Source: Wallemia ichthyophaga EXF-994
Lineage: Eukaryota > Fungi > Basidiomycota
DNA length: 32,000 bases
Assembly (NCBI RefSeq): GCF_000400465.1
Contig: NW_008806277.1
Span: 330,001-362,000, forward strand
Reading direction: 5' to 3'
This document shows positions 10,099-19,765 of this stretch, in pieces. Position numbers and translations under genes: made by a program. Under the pieces are notes generated by a model. It was not told where the DNA came from. It searched no databases and saw only the letters and a program-made list of their open reading frames with translations. Numbering within the stretch: position 1 is the first letter of the stretch; every line of letters begins with the position of its first letter.

Positions 10099-10233
10099 AG
10101 GAATTTCATTTTGATCCTACGAAACGAATCTAACGAGAAAATTTGACGCATGTTTTACATTTGAATAATGAATTGATTTGGATGCATTTGTTTAACATGC
10201 TTGGGTATATGTGCGTGTACAATATACAAAGAC

Positions 10234-10659
10234 TTAATTTGATTTCTTAGTGTTGCCGTTATCATTCCACTTGACGGGATTCTTATTGTAACATGGCCAA
10301 GCTGGACCAACCACCTATCAAGAGTTAATTAGAGTGATATTATACTTGAAATTCACCCACAATCGCCGCAATTACGCATCCAGCCACGAAGATTATTCCC
10401 GTCACTTCAATTCTCTGCATAGCCCATCCAATGACGAATGCTATAATCTACATAACAAATAAGCACGCCTCTCACACTCCACATATACTCACCGTCGTTG
10501 TGGATATAATGTACTTCTGCAGACGCTCTGCTTTCAGTTGACCGATGTAGTCCTGGGGAGTTGGTGTAAGCGTGTTTACTGCAGCGTGCACTAAACAGCA
10601 ACATGAAACCCCAATCAACGTACAATTTCACCCGCCAAAAACCTCTGAATACGCTCCAT
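10234..10659 (-). CDS. SPC1: Signal peptidase complex subunit SPC1/SPC12, 87 aa, 4 exons (10659-10624, 10552-10493, 10447-10361, 10314-10234); absent from the ORF track
   Basis: Three phase-0 GT-AG introns (71, 45 and 46 nt) give MERIQRFLAGEI|DYIGQLKAERLQKYIISTTT|IIAFVIGWAMQRIEVTGIIFVAGCVIAAI|VVGPAWPCYNKNPVKWNDNGNTKKSN*. This has the SPC12 D.xGQ..AE start, two TM helices and the P.WP.Y...P..W motif. Confidence 0.92.
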
Positions 10660-10677
10660 CGATGTTAGAACTCAACG

Positions 10678-11359
10678 ATGAAATTGGGATATTTGGGACC
10701 AGTTGGGAGTTATTCGAATATATTAACAGAGAAATACTTTGCTCACTCCACATACACTCTCCACCCGCACTCGCAGATACAGCAGCTCTTTGAAAATCTC
10801 GACAGCGACGCAATTGAGTTGGCGATTGTACCGATCAGGAATTCAACGTTTGGGGAGGTACGCGAGAGTGCTGAGGAGAGAGCAATACGGCCGAAGCTGC
10901 GAAAGCTAAGAGAATATTCACTCAAAGTGGAGCATTGTCTTGTGGGAAGGCAGGGAAGTAAGGTGGAAGACGTACAATTGGTCAGCTCACACGAGCAAGC
11001 GCTGGGACAGTGTAGGGAGTATTTAGCAGGCAGAGGCATAGCCAAACACCTCAAAGCATCTTCTACCGCTAACGCTACGCATTCTTTGTCAACACAAAAC
11101 TCAATTGAAGGCGTGGATGTGGGGAAATGTGCGAGTATCTGCTCAGAGAGTTGCGCAGGTTTGTTCGATAATCTTGCTATACTGGATAAAGGTATACAAG
11201 ATAACAAAGGTGGGCTAGATTAGCGGGGCTTTGATGGCTTTGAGTTGACTCGAATTTGCAGACAACACTACAACATTCTATCTCATGTCTTATAGAGATA
11301 TTGATGGGCATTCACAGTCACCAATCACCACTCAACAGAATAACCTTTTTGGTCTGTAG
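10678..11359 (+). CDS. PHA2: Prephenate dehydratase catalytic domain, short, with no ACT domain detected; exons 10678-11209 and 11262-11359
   Basis: YLGPVGSYS, AIVPIRNSTFGEV, VEHCLVG, SSHEQALGQC, SSTANA and GIQDNK|DNTTTF, with a 52-nt GTGGGC..TTGCAG intron. The conserved ENS and TRF motifs are altered. Confidence 0.78.
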
Positions 11360-11629
11360 GATTCACCGCTGTACTTGAAAGGCGCCAATTTCAACGGCAA
11401 GAAGGCGAAAAAGGTTAAATTGCGTAGAATTTATTGCTCATTATGTATTTCACATCCAAATCCCTTTTGCCGTATTCAAATTACTCCAATATACATGAAT
11501 TAGATTTATTTACGACCAGCTAGCTTTAGTAAGATTGAATGAACATCGTAGTAAACCTTCCCTCTGCCAAGCTGCCGACTTGAATCACTCCTTCTCAGTC
11601 CCTCTAACCCCAACCACCAACACTGCCGA

Positions 11630-12896
11630 ATGAACTCATTGAAGCTGATAGACAGAATTCTAACAGCGCCGTTGAGAAGATCGCGGAGGAGTAGATATAG
11701 GAGAGCTTATGCAAGTGCAGGTGGGTGGCCTTCCTGCCTTGTGTACGCCATTCTAACACGCATGCGTGATACAGACATACATCTACAATTCAATACACCT
11801 AGAGTGCGCAGCAATAGCCTAAATAGATCCATCTTCCAATATTTATACACTTTCTTTTCAAAAGCCGAGAAGCCGACGCATACGCAGCCAATCAACGACG
11901 AATCCAATCTACACAAGGAGAAGGATCAATTGGATGAGTTCTTGAGCGTCGATAGTAGCAGTGGCAGTGGTACTGTCAAGAAGCGCCCATCGTATCATGA
12001 TTTACTCACAAACCCACCAAAACAAAAACAATCAAACAAAACCAAAGACCAGCAAAATCCATTTGCGCGTGTGTTTTTTGCTTACATTACATGAAACCAT
12101 CTTACAAGTCCCAACAGCGCCCTTTAATAGGCGACGAACAACCTCTAGTGACGGTTTACTTCCGAATCCATTGCCTTCGCGAAATTTGTTGGCTGTGAGT
12201 GGTGGCAGTACAACTACAACACCTTCAACATCTTCATCGCCTTCTCATACCCCTTCAATCGTTGAGCAACAAAAGAAGTTGACAAGCAAGTCAACAGGCG
12301 TGCACATGCCAAAAACTTTGGTACTTGACTTGGATGAAACACTGATTCACTCTACTAGCAAAGCACCCGCACGTATCGCCAATTCTTTCAGTCTTGGTTT
12401 GAGAGGTGTTTTGCAGGGAGGCAGTAATGATGGCGGTGCACATATGGTTGAAGTAGTTTTAGGTGGTAGATCGGTACTCTATCATGTCTATAAACGACCT
12501 CACTTAGATTTCTTTTTAAAAAAAGTGGCTAGTTGGTATACACTTGTGATATTCACCGCATCAATGCAAGAATACGCAGATCCTGTTATTGATTGGATAG
12601 ACGGTGGCAGGGGGGTGTTTGCAAAGAGGTTATTCAGGGAATCATGCACACAAGCCTCGAATGGATCTTATATGAAAGATCTAGATGTTATAGATAAGGA
12701 CAACGATTTGAGTAGAGTAGCTCTAGTCGATAATTCACCTATCAGCTACTCGATAAATCCAGCCAATGGGATACCAATATCTGGGTGGATATCAGATCCC
12801 AACGATGAAGCGTTGCTCGATCTGCTACCATTTCTAGACAGTCTGCGCTTCACAACGGACGTTCGACGTGTTTTAGGAGTTAGAGGGTTTACGTGA
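11630..12896 (+). CDS. NEM1: HAD/NIF-domain phosphatase, Nem1/CTDNEP1-like, about 3 exons
   Basis: PKTLVLDLDETLIHSTS (DxDxT), HMVEV, YKRPHLDFFLKKV, IFTASMQEYADPVIDW, RLFRESC and LVDNSPISY. An intron at 12069-12117 links the two ORFs, and there is a probable in-frame first intron near 11721-11774. Confidence 0.85.
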
Positions 12897-12909
12897 GTGT
12901 ATATATAAA

Positions 12910-13514
12910 TTACAAGTTATCAGACTTCCACGATTGAAGCCATGTAATAAATCTATCAGTATTGCTTTCTAAGTTGTCGAGATTTTCACTGTCAAGCTCA
13001 ACGACTTGGCCGGGGTTGGGGAAGGCTTCAAGAGCTTCATGAAGACATTCACCGAATATTTCAGCGTCGTTATTTTCGTTGATTTTCTCTGGGGTGTAAT
13101 TCCTGAGTGGGGTTTGAGTGTGAGTGAAAAACTTCAAAAACCAAAAGACGCGAGTACACACCGATCTTCAAGTCTCTTGAACAAAATCTGATGATCGCAT
13201 CGCAATACAATGATCAAATCGAGAGAAGATTCTGGGAATATCTCAGAACAATGCCAGTCTAGGATGCAACCACCGAGGTCTAAAAGGGGTTCGAGCTCGT
13301 CAAGGATTTTGTCATCGTCAACGTCGTAGCATTGGAATTGTTGATTATAACCGATATGAAGATCCTTGTGCTTGACCAAGTCGCCTACGCAAATATGGCT
13401 AAATTTGTTATCGGACTGCGAGTTGAGTGATTCCAGGAGACTCAAGGCCAGCGTAGATTTGCCAGTACCTGGAGTACCTGTGATGAGAATATTTGGCAAT
13501 TTTCTAGATGCCAT
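12910..13514 (-). CDS. FAP7: Adenylate kinase 6 / Fap7 ATPase (40S biogenesis), 2 exons
   Basis: PNILITGTPGTGKS (Walker A), ILDWH and DLIIVLRCD. The intron joins LEDR to NYTPEKINENNDAEIF. Confidence 0.93.
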
Positions 13515-13541
13515 GGATGTAACCTCTTCAAACGCGTCATC

Positions 13542-14856
13542 ATGAGTGCAGCTGAAATTAATCAATTAAAAGGAATTTTGAGTGGCTGTAAGAGTTATTT
13601 GGTGGTGTAAACGCTAGCTTATTATATATCACAGCATCTGCCACTGCTACCTCCTCCGATGACCTCTTACGCCAGCAAGAATCAGCGCTTATTAGGCTCG
13701 GTGAAATCTACAGGGATCAGCAGAACTCCGCGGAGCTTAGCGGCGTTATTAACTCATCCAGATCGTTCATGTCTTCCACCGCCAAAGCTAAAACTGCGAA
13801 ACTGATACGCACTCTCATCGATTTCTTCGACCAAATTGAAAATAGCAGACAGGCACAGCTTAATTGCCTCGTTGACAATATCACCTGGGCTAAATCTGAG
13901 AAGAGAGTCTTCCTCCGCCAGTCCCTCGAGATCAGATTGGCTGGATTGTACTACGAATCCAAAGAATATAAGGCTGCGCTTGATTTACTTGATGGCCTCC
14001 TTAAAGAGCTCAAGAAGCTTGATGACAAGATTATTCTCACCCAGGTTCACAATTTGGAGTCAAAGATATACTACAGCACCGCGAACTATGTAAAGTCAAA
14101 AGCTGCGCTCACCTCAGCTAGAACTGCCGGAAACGCTATTTACTGCCCTCCTATCTTACAGGCTCAGCTTGACTTACAGTCTGGTATCCTTCACGCCAAC
14201 GACAGAGATTGGAAGACTGCTTTCTCGTACTTTTTCGAGACTCTTGAGGCTTTTTCTTCTCAGGACGATGATAGAGCTGTTAGCGCACTCAAGTATATGC
14301 TTTTGTGTAAAATTATGCTCAACTTGGTACGTGTTTTGTGTATACGTATTCCGTCACTAACACACTCCAGTCCGACGACGTCGACTCCATCATACAGAAC
14401 AAAATGTCTCAGCGTTACGCAGGCGCAAACGTTGAAGCTATGAAGGCAGTCGCACAGGCGCACAAGAAGAGATCATTGACAGACTTTGAGAAGGCTTTGA
14501 AGGACTACAAGCAGGAACTATCAGCTGATCCAATCATCAAGTCACACTTGAGCAGTCTCTACGACACTCTTCTCGAAAGCAACCTCCTCAAAATCATCGA
14601 ACCCTACAGTAGAGTCGAGATTGATTATATGGCTTCTCTCCTCTCACAGCCAGTCAACGCGATTGAGGGGAAGCTTTCACAGATGATTCTCGATAAGGTC
14701 TTCTATGGTATTATAGATCAGGGTAACAACTGCCTCATTGTTTTCGATCCGCCTCACCAAGATCACCTCTACGACGCTACTTTGAAAACTCTCGGTAATG
14801 TCGGTCAGGTGGTTAATGGATTGTTTGAAAAGACGGCAAGCTTGCAGTCAGTGTAA
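13542..14856 (+). CDS. RPN6: 26S proteasome lid subunit Rpn6, 3 exons (first intron 13588-13634)
   Basis: Spliced start MSAAEINQLKGILSGS|...QQESALIRLGEIY. Also AKAKTAKLIRTLID, EKRVFLRQSLE, LKELKKLDDK, SRTAGNAIYCPP-type motif (SARTAGNAIYCPP), ALKYMLLCKIM, and a PCI domain with LLKIIEPYSRVEI and KLSQMILDK. Confidence 0.95.
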
Positions 14857-14996
14857 AGTGTAGTGTGATCAAATGTATTTTATTTTCATGTGTCTTGTTG
14901 CAATCAGGTCTTGGATATTGAATGGGGTCTATGAAAATAACAAATGGTATGCGCTGCGTGCTATGGGATTTGTGATAAGTACTTAAAGGACATTGC

Positions 14997-15274
14997 TTAA
15001 ACTGTTCTCTTATGCGCTATGCGTCCACCTCTTTCCTCAAAAACTGCCATCATCCGGGTGCACGGACAGGAAGACTCGAAGCTGTTTACTAGGATAGTTA
15101 TAGACTACGTGCTGCTTGACTACACCACCCAATTCACCCAACTCACACCGGATTTGGTTCTATCGAAGGACACCCACGGAAATAGAAGGACATGTCACCT
15201 AAACGCGTGTAAGTTGTGTTGATATCGTCTGCAATCAACTCACCATGGTAATCGGTTTGGGTTTGTCCCTTCAT
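14997..15274 (-). CDS. Candidate spliced microprotein of about 55 aa (exons 15274-15244, 15198-15147, 15081-14997); could instead be a spliced non-coding RNA or nothing
   Basis: Two GTGAGT donors with TAG and CAG acceptors (45 and 65 nt introns) keep an ATG frame open. No family recognised, and it overlaps the 5' end of the + strand gene. Confidence 0.3.
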
Positions 15275-16747
15275 TCTCTCCCTCGCAGACGATTTGGACC
15301 ACGAGATCCAAGTGGTAACGATGGCAATTTAGGCGCACCAAAATCCAGCCCTGCAGCTTCTGTCTCTCCGCTACTCTTCTTCCCCGAGCCTGAGAACGCG
15401 GACGCGAACTCAAACGGGCCGCCAGCACTGGCATCACCACCACCGCCCGCACCGCCAGCAGCTGAGACCAAGGGGAAAAAGGAGAGGAAGAAGAGCATCA
15501 AGCGGAAGCCTTTACCTAAAGACAAAGACAAACACAAGGATAATGACAAGGACAAAAAGGCAAATCAGGAAAAACCAGAAGCAGAGCACGAGGGAGAGAA
15601 TAAAGGTACAGTCGCTTTTATAAACACACCAACACTGGTAGCTGAAGATTTCTATTCTGAAGATGGCCACGGTTCGCCCATGTCTGTGCCGATGGCCAAT
15701 GCAGACGACGAGCCGATTATAGAGGACTTGTTTCACGAGATCGAACGTGACTCGAGGCTGCTCAAAGCTGAGCATGATAAGGAGAACGATAAGAGAGATT
15801 ATAAGGAGGTTGACGCCGAGAAGGAAGATGAGACACCTGCTATTCCGGACACTAGCGCGAGCGAAGCTGAGACAAGCAATACAAGCAATACAGGTGGTGG
15901 CTCAGGCTCAGGCAAAAAGAAGAAGAAGAAGAAGGGTAAAGGTGGTGGTGCCGGTGGTGCTGGTGGTGGCGAGAAACCCGCGGACAAGCCAACAGACGAA
16001 GCAGCGCCTAAATCAGAAGAAAATGTAGAAGATAAACCTACAGAAGACAAGCCAGCACAAGATAAATCACCCCTCCCACCAACGCCAGATGCGCCGCCTG
16101 CACCACCCAAAGACGAGATAGAAATGAAAGACAATGCTCCACCAACAGAGGCAGGAGAATCGGCAGAACAATCACTCCCAATACCACCAGTAGATATAAA
16201 GATAGATGGACCAGCTGAAATAAAGATAGATCCACCGATAGACGGGCCAGCTGAAATAAAGATCGAACCGCCTGAAAGCGATAAGCAAGGCCAAGATAAT
16301 CCAGCCATGAACCCACCAAAGGCGCCAACAACAGCAGTAAGCTCATCCTTTGGTGACATGGACTCAACAGCACCACCACTCTCAACACCACCGACATCGC
16401 CTCCAGCGTCTCGTCCTGGGACACCACCGCCTGCAACTACGCCAAATATGCAAAATATGCCCCCTGCGCACAGTCAATACGATCCACAGACCATGTTTGA
16501 AGACGGGAGACCATCACTCCTATCAGTCGCATTTCACGCTATTGCTTTCAACAAAGACAGTCTAGCTATACCGCCCCATCCTGGAAATGATGTGCTCATG
16601 AACTCAACTATTAATATGGTGGATAGAGATGTCGACCTCTTGCCACAGACTGAGAGAACTGGGTTTACAGGTGAGGTGTCTGAGATGGCCAAACAGCTTA
16701 TTGCGGCTAGTAACGAGTTAAGGAAAGCGTGGCATGGATCTATGTGA
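15245..16747 (+). CDS. Low-complexity Pro/Lys/Glu-rich protein of unknown function, about 500 aa; start uncertain (15245, or spliced from 15192)
   Basis: Long open frame with coding-like composition, poly-K tracts, a 12-aa repeat, and a more hydrophobic C-terminal ~90 aa. The ATG at 15245 is in an ACCATGG context. Confidence 0.75.
   Translation: MVIGLGLSLHSLPRRRFGPRDPSGNDGNLGAPKSSPAASVSPLLFFPEPENADANSNGPPALASPPPPAPPAAETKGKKERKKSIKRKPLPKDKDKHKDNDKDKKANQEKPEAEHEGENKGTVAFINTPTLVAEDFYSEDGHGSPMSVPMANADDEPIIEDLFHEIERDSRLLKAEHDKENDKRDYKEVDAEKEDETPAIPDTSASEAETSNTSNTGGGSGSGKKKKKKKGKGGGAGGAGGGEKPADKPTDEAAPKSEENVEDKPTEDKPAQDKSPLPPTPDAPPAPPKDEIEMKDNAPPTEAGESAEQSLPIPPVDIKIDGPAEIKIDPPIDGPAEIKIEPPESDKQGQDNPAMNPPKAPTTAVSSSFGDMDSTAPPLSTPPTSPPASRPGTPPPATTPNMQNMPPAHSQYDPQTMFEDGRPSLLSVAFHAIAFNKDSLAIPPHPGNDVLMNSTINMVDRDVDLLPQTERTGFTGEVSEMAKQLIAASNELRKAWHGSM
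16202..16273 (+). repeat. 36-nt coding tandem duplication IDGPAEIKIDPP / IDGPAEIKIEPP
   Basis: Two adjacent near-identical 36-nt units, 16202-16237 and 16238-16273. Confidence 0.85.
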
Positions 16748-17223
16748 ATCTTGGGTCAATGTTAATATGGCACTGTGTATTTAGACTATAAATTGTTGTA
16801 TCATTAGCACATTTGATTAAATTACGGCGATTACTCATTCTTTATCACTTAAAGTCTTCATTAATTGGGACTTGATATGGATGATCTTTTAATTAATGGT
16901 TAATTACTCCTTCCTGATTTGGTAGGTCCGCAAATGAAAGGTTGTGAAAGTTTTCATATCTTTGGGCTTATGTAAAGGGGAAATAGGTATTGAAATAAAT
17001 TGAAGAAACCTTGAGTACAGAAAAAGCCTTTTCAATTTGAATAAAGCTTCAATCACTCCATCTCTCAGAAAATCGCAATTACTGAAAATTTTGATAATCG
17101 CCGAACCCAAGAAACATTGACCAAATAAGGATAAATTTAATCTTACAGTATAAATAGCTAGAAATATTTCTTCACACACTCTAACTTGATCCATACCATT
17201 CACGAAACACCTTACAGCAAGAT

Positions 17224-19311
17224 ATGCGCAACAACAACATCAAGAGAAGCAGCCTTTTAGCAGCTGCATCGCTCCTCGCTGCAGGCCAAGCAGCTAACCC
17301 TGGTGGTTATGAGTTGGTAAGGCTGATCCCTATGTTCATGCCCGCCCGCTCTAACAAGGTTCAGGTCGGTGATTCACTCGTCAGTGCACAGATGGCATTC
17401 TTGGGCCGTGACGGCAATGTTTGGATCGTTGACAAGACTGAGAACAATCCAGCTCAGATAAACGGTCATCCTGTCAGTTGCTTCTCTTTCCGCTATCACC
17501 ATCTTCTTACAATTCTCAAAAGGCATGGGCGGCTGTCTATAATCCTAAAGATAACACAGCCGAGCCAAAAGATATCATAACAAATTCCTTCTGCGCCGGC
17601 GGTGCTGTTCTCGGTGATGGCAGATGGCTCAACGTCGGCGGCAATCAGGCAGTTACCCACGGAGGTGTGAGTTTGGCTTATAAATACGCGTCTGAACGAT
17701 CTCATCTTACACTCTAATTAGGCTGCGGTCAACAGCTTCCCAGACCATCCAAATCCATACCAAAACGAAGACGGTGGTGCGGCTATCCGTCTCCTCGATC
17801 TCGCAGGATCCAAGGAATGGTCAGATAACAACCAGTTCATGACGGGCAGAAGATGGTACCCAACCGTCGAGACTCTCGGAGGCGGTGACGCTGTTATTAT
17901 GGGTGGTGATCAATGGGGTGGATACATCAACGGCGAAGCGCAAAACAATCCAACGTGAGTTCATCTCAATAACTGAGTTAGATGATGTGTTTACACGGTT
18001 TCTAGTTACGAGTTCTTCCCTCCACGCGAAGGCGATCCAGTTGATTTTGATTTCCTCGGCGAGCGCACAATGCCAATCAACTTATATCCACTCGCTTACC
18101 TCCTCCCATCTGGTAGACTCTTCGTGCAAGCCATGTACGCCGCGATCGTATGGGATCTTGATGACAAGTACGAAGCCAAGACTTTACCAGATATTCCACA
18201 CGCCGCTAGAGCTTATCCAGCTAGTGGTGCTACTGCAGTATTACCCTTGACTCCAGAAAATGATTATAACCCCTCATTCCTCTTCTGTGGTGGCCAAGAT
18301 ATTCCTCAAGACGGTTGGGGTGACGCTGGCGGACCAGGATTCGACATTACAAAGAAATTGGCTGACACTTCCTGCGTTAAGATCCAACCAGAAGGCAGTG
18401 AGAATCCAGAGTGGGAAGAAGATGATGAACTTCCAGAGCCACGCACAATGGGTAACTTTGTCTACCTCCCTAATGGTAAAATGGTCCTTTTGAACGGTGG
18501 TGCCACAGGTTCAGCTGGATATGGTAATAAAACTTGGGCTGTTGGACAGTCTTACGCCGATGAACCAACCTATACGCCTCTGATCTTCGATCCTTCAGCC
18601 CCACAAGGCGAGCGCATTTCTCGCGATGGTTTGGGGAGCTCCGACATTGCAAGATTGTACCACAGTGTAGCAACACTTTTGGAAGATGGTTCTGTATGGG
18701 TCTCAGGATCGAATCCAAACGTCGATGTGATCCAGACACCACATCGTCAATGGAACACAGATTACAGAGTCGAGAGATGGTACCCAACTTGGTTCAACGA
18801 ACCTAGACCACAACCTCAAGGATTGCCAGATGTCTTATCATACGGTGGCGATTCATTTGACATACAACTTTCATCCTCAGATCTCAAAGGAAATTCGGAT
18901 AATCTTGAGAATGTCAAGGCGGTTGTTATCAGACCTGGATTTTCGACACACGCTATGAACTTTGGACAGAGATATCTCGAGTTGCGCACATCATATACGG
19001 CAACTTCGGAAGAGGAGGGAGTGTTGCATGTGGGACAGATGCCAAACAACCCTAACATATTCCAGCCAGGACCTGCACTTATCTTTGTCACTGTCGATGG
19101 TATTCCTAGCTACGGCCATTGGGTAACGATTGGATCGGGAGAAATCGGGCAGCAACCAACCAAGGAGAACTCGCAATTGCCAGAGTCTAGTAGAGCGGAG
19201 AAGTCAAGCTCAAACGCACAAGACAGTTCAAGCATTCGTCACTACAGCGGATCAGTCGTTGGTGCTGTGGCTATCGGAGCACTTGGACTTGTGGCATTGG
19301 TTTGTGTTTAG
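17224..19311 (+). CDS. Copper radical oxidase / glyoxal oxidase-like (CAZy AA5_1), secreted and probably GPI- or membrane-anchored, 5 exons
   Basis: Signal peptide SLLAAASLLAAGQA. Active-site motifs TNSFCAGG (Cys), RWYPT (Tyr), RLYHSVATLL (Tyr-His) and GFSTHAMNFGQR (His). A Ser-rich linker is followed by a hydrophobic C-terminal tail. Confidence 0.93.
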
Positions 19312-19496
19312 ATGATTGAGTTATAACATACCACGGACAATTTTGCTCTTATTTCTACTCACGCTGTACATATTTTCTTTCTCCTCATTGTATATATTTA
19401 TTCATTATGTGCTTATCGATCAATGACGTTATTATGTGAATTTGTAACTGAGTAGTCGCAGTAAATTGAGAATTTTTCACCCAGGTAGAACTGTGA

Positions 19497-19513
19497 ATTA
19501 GGCTTAGCCTAAT
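19497..19513. repeat. 17-bp inverted repeat ATTAGGCT-T-AGCCTAAT
   Basis: Perfect 8-bp arms with a 1-nt spacer, about 250 nt upstream of the antiporter ATG. Confidence 0.7.
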
Positions 19514-19765
19514 ACTCCCACTGACTCGGAATAAAAAATTCTACAAAAATTCACCAAATTCGTCAATTCGCCACGCTAAAGTCACACAAGCGCAACGACG
19601 ACGAGGAAGGAAGCGAGAAATTAAATAAAAATACAAAGAAAGCAAAAGAAGCAAAGAAAGCAAGACAAAGAACGTTTCTATCTGGATTTCTATCTCGATT
19701 CCCTGGACAGGCTGTCAATCGACGTCAAATCTTAATTAATCCTACTGGCTTTATCGATTACAACG

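Noticed and set aside
15019-15222. 67-aa + strand ORF upstream of the low-complexity gene
   Set aside because: No family signal, it conflicts with two better-supported splice models in the same interval, and it is short enough to be chance.
15799-16436. 186-aa and 132-aa - strand ORFs
   Set aside because: Antisense to low-complexity coding sequence, where long shadow ORFs are expected.
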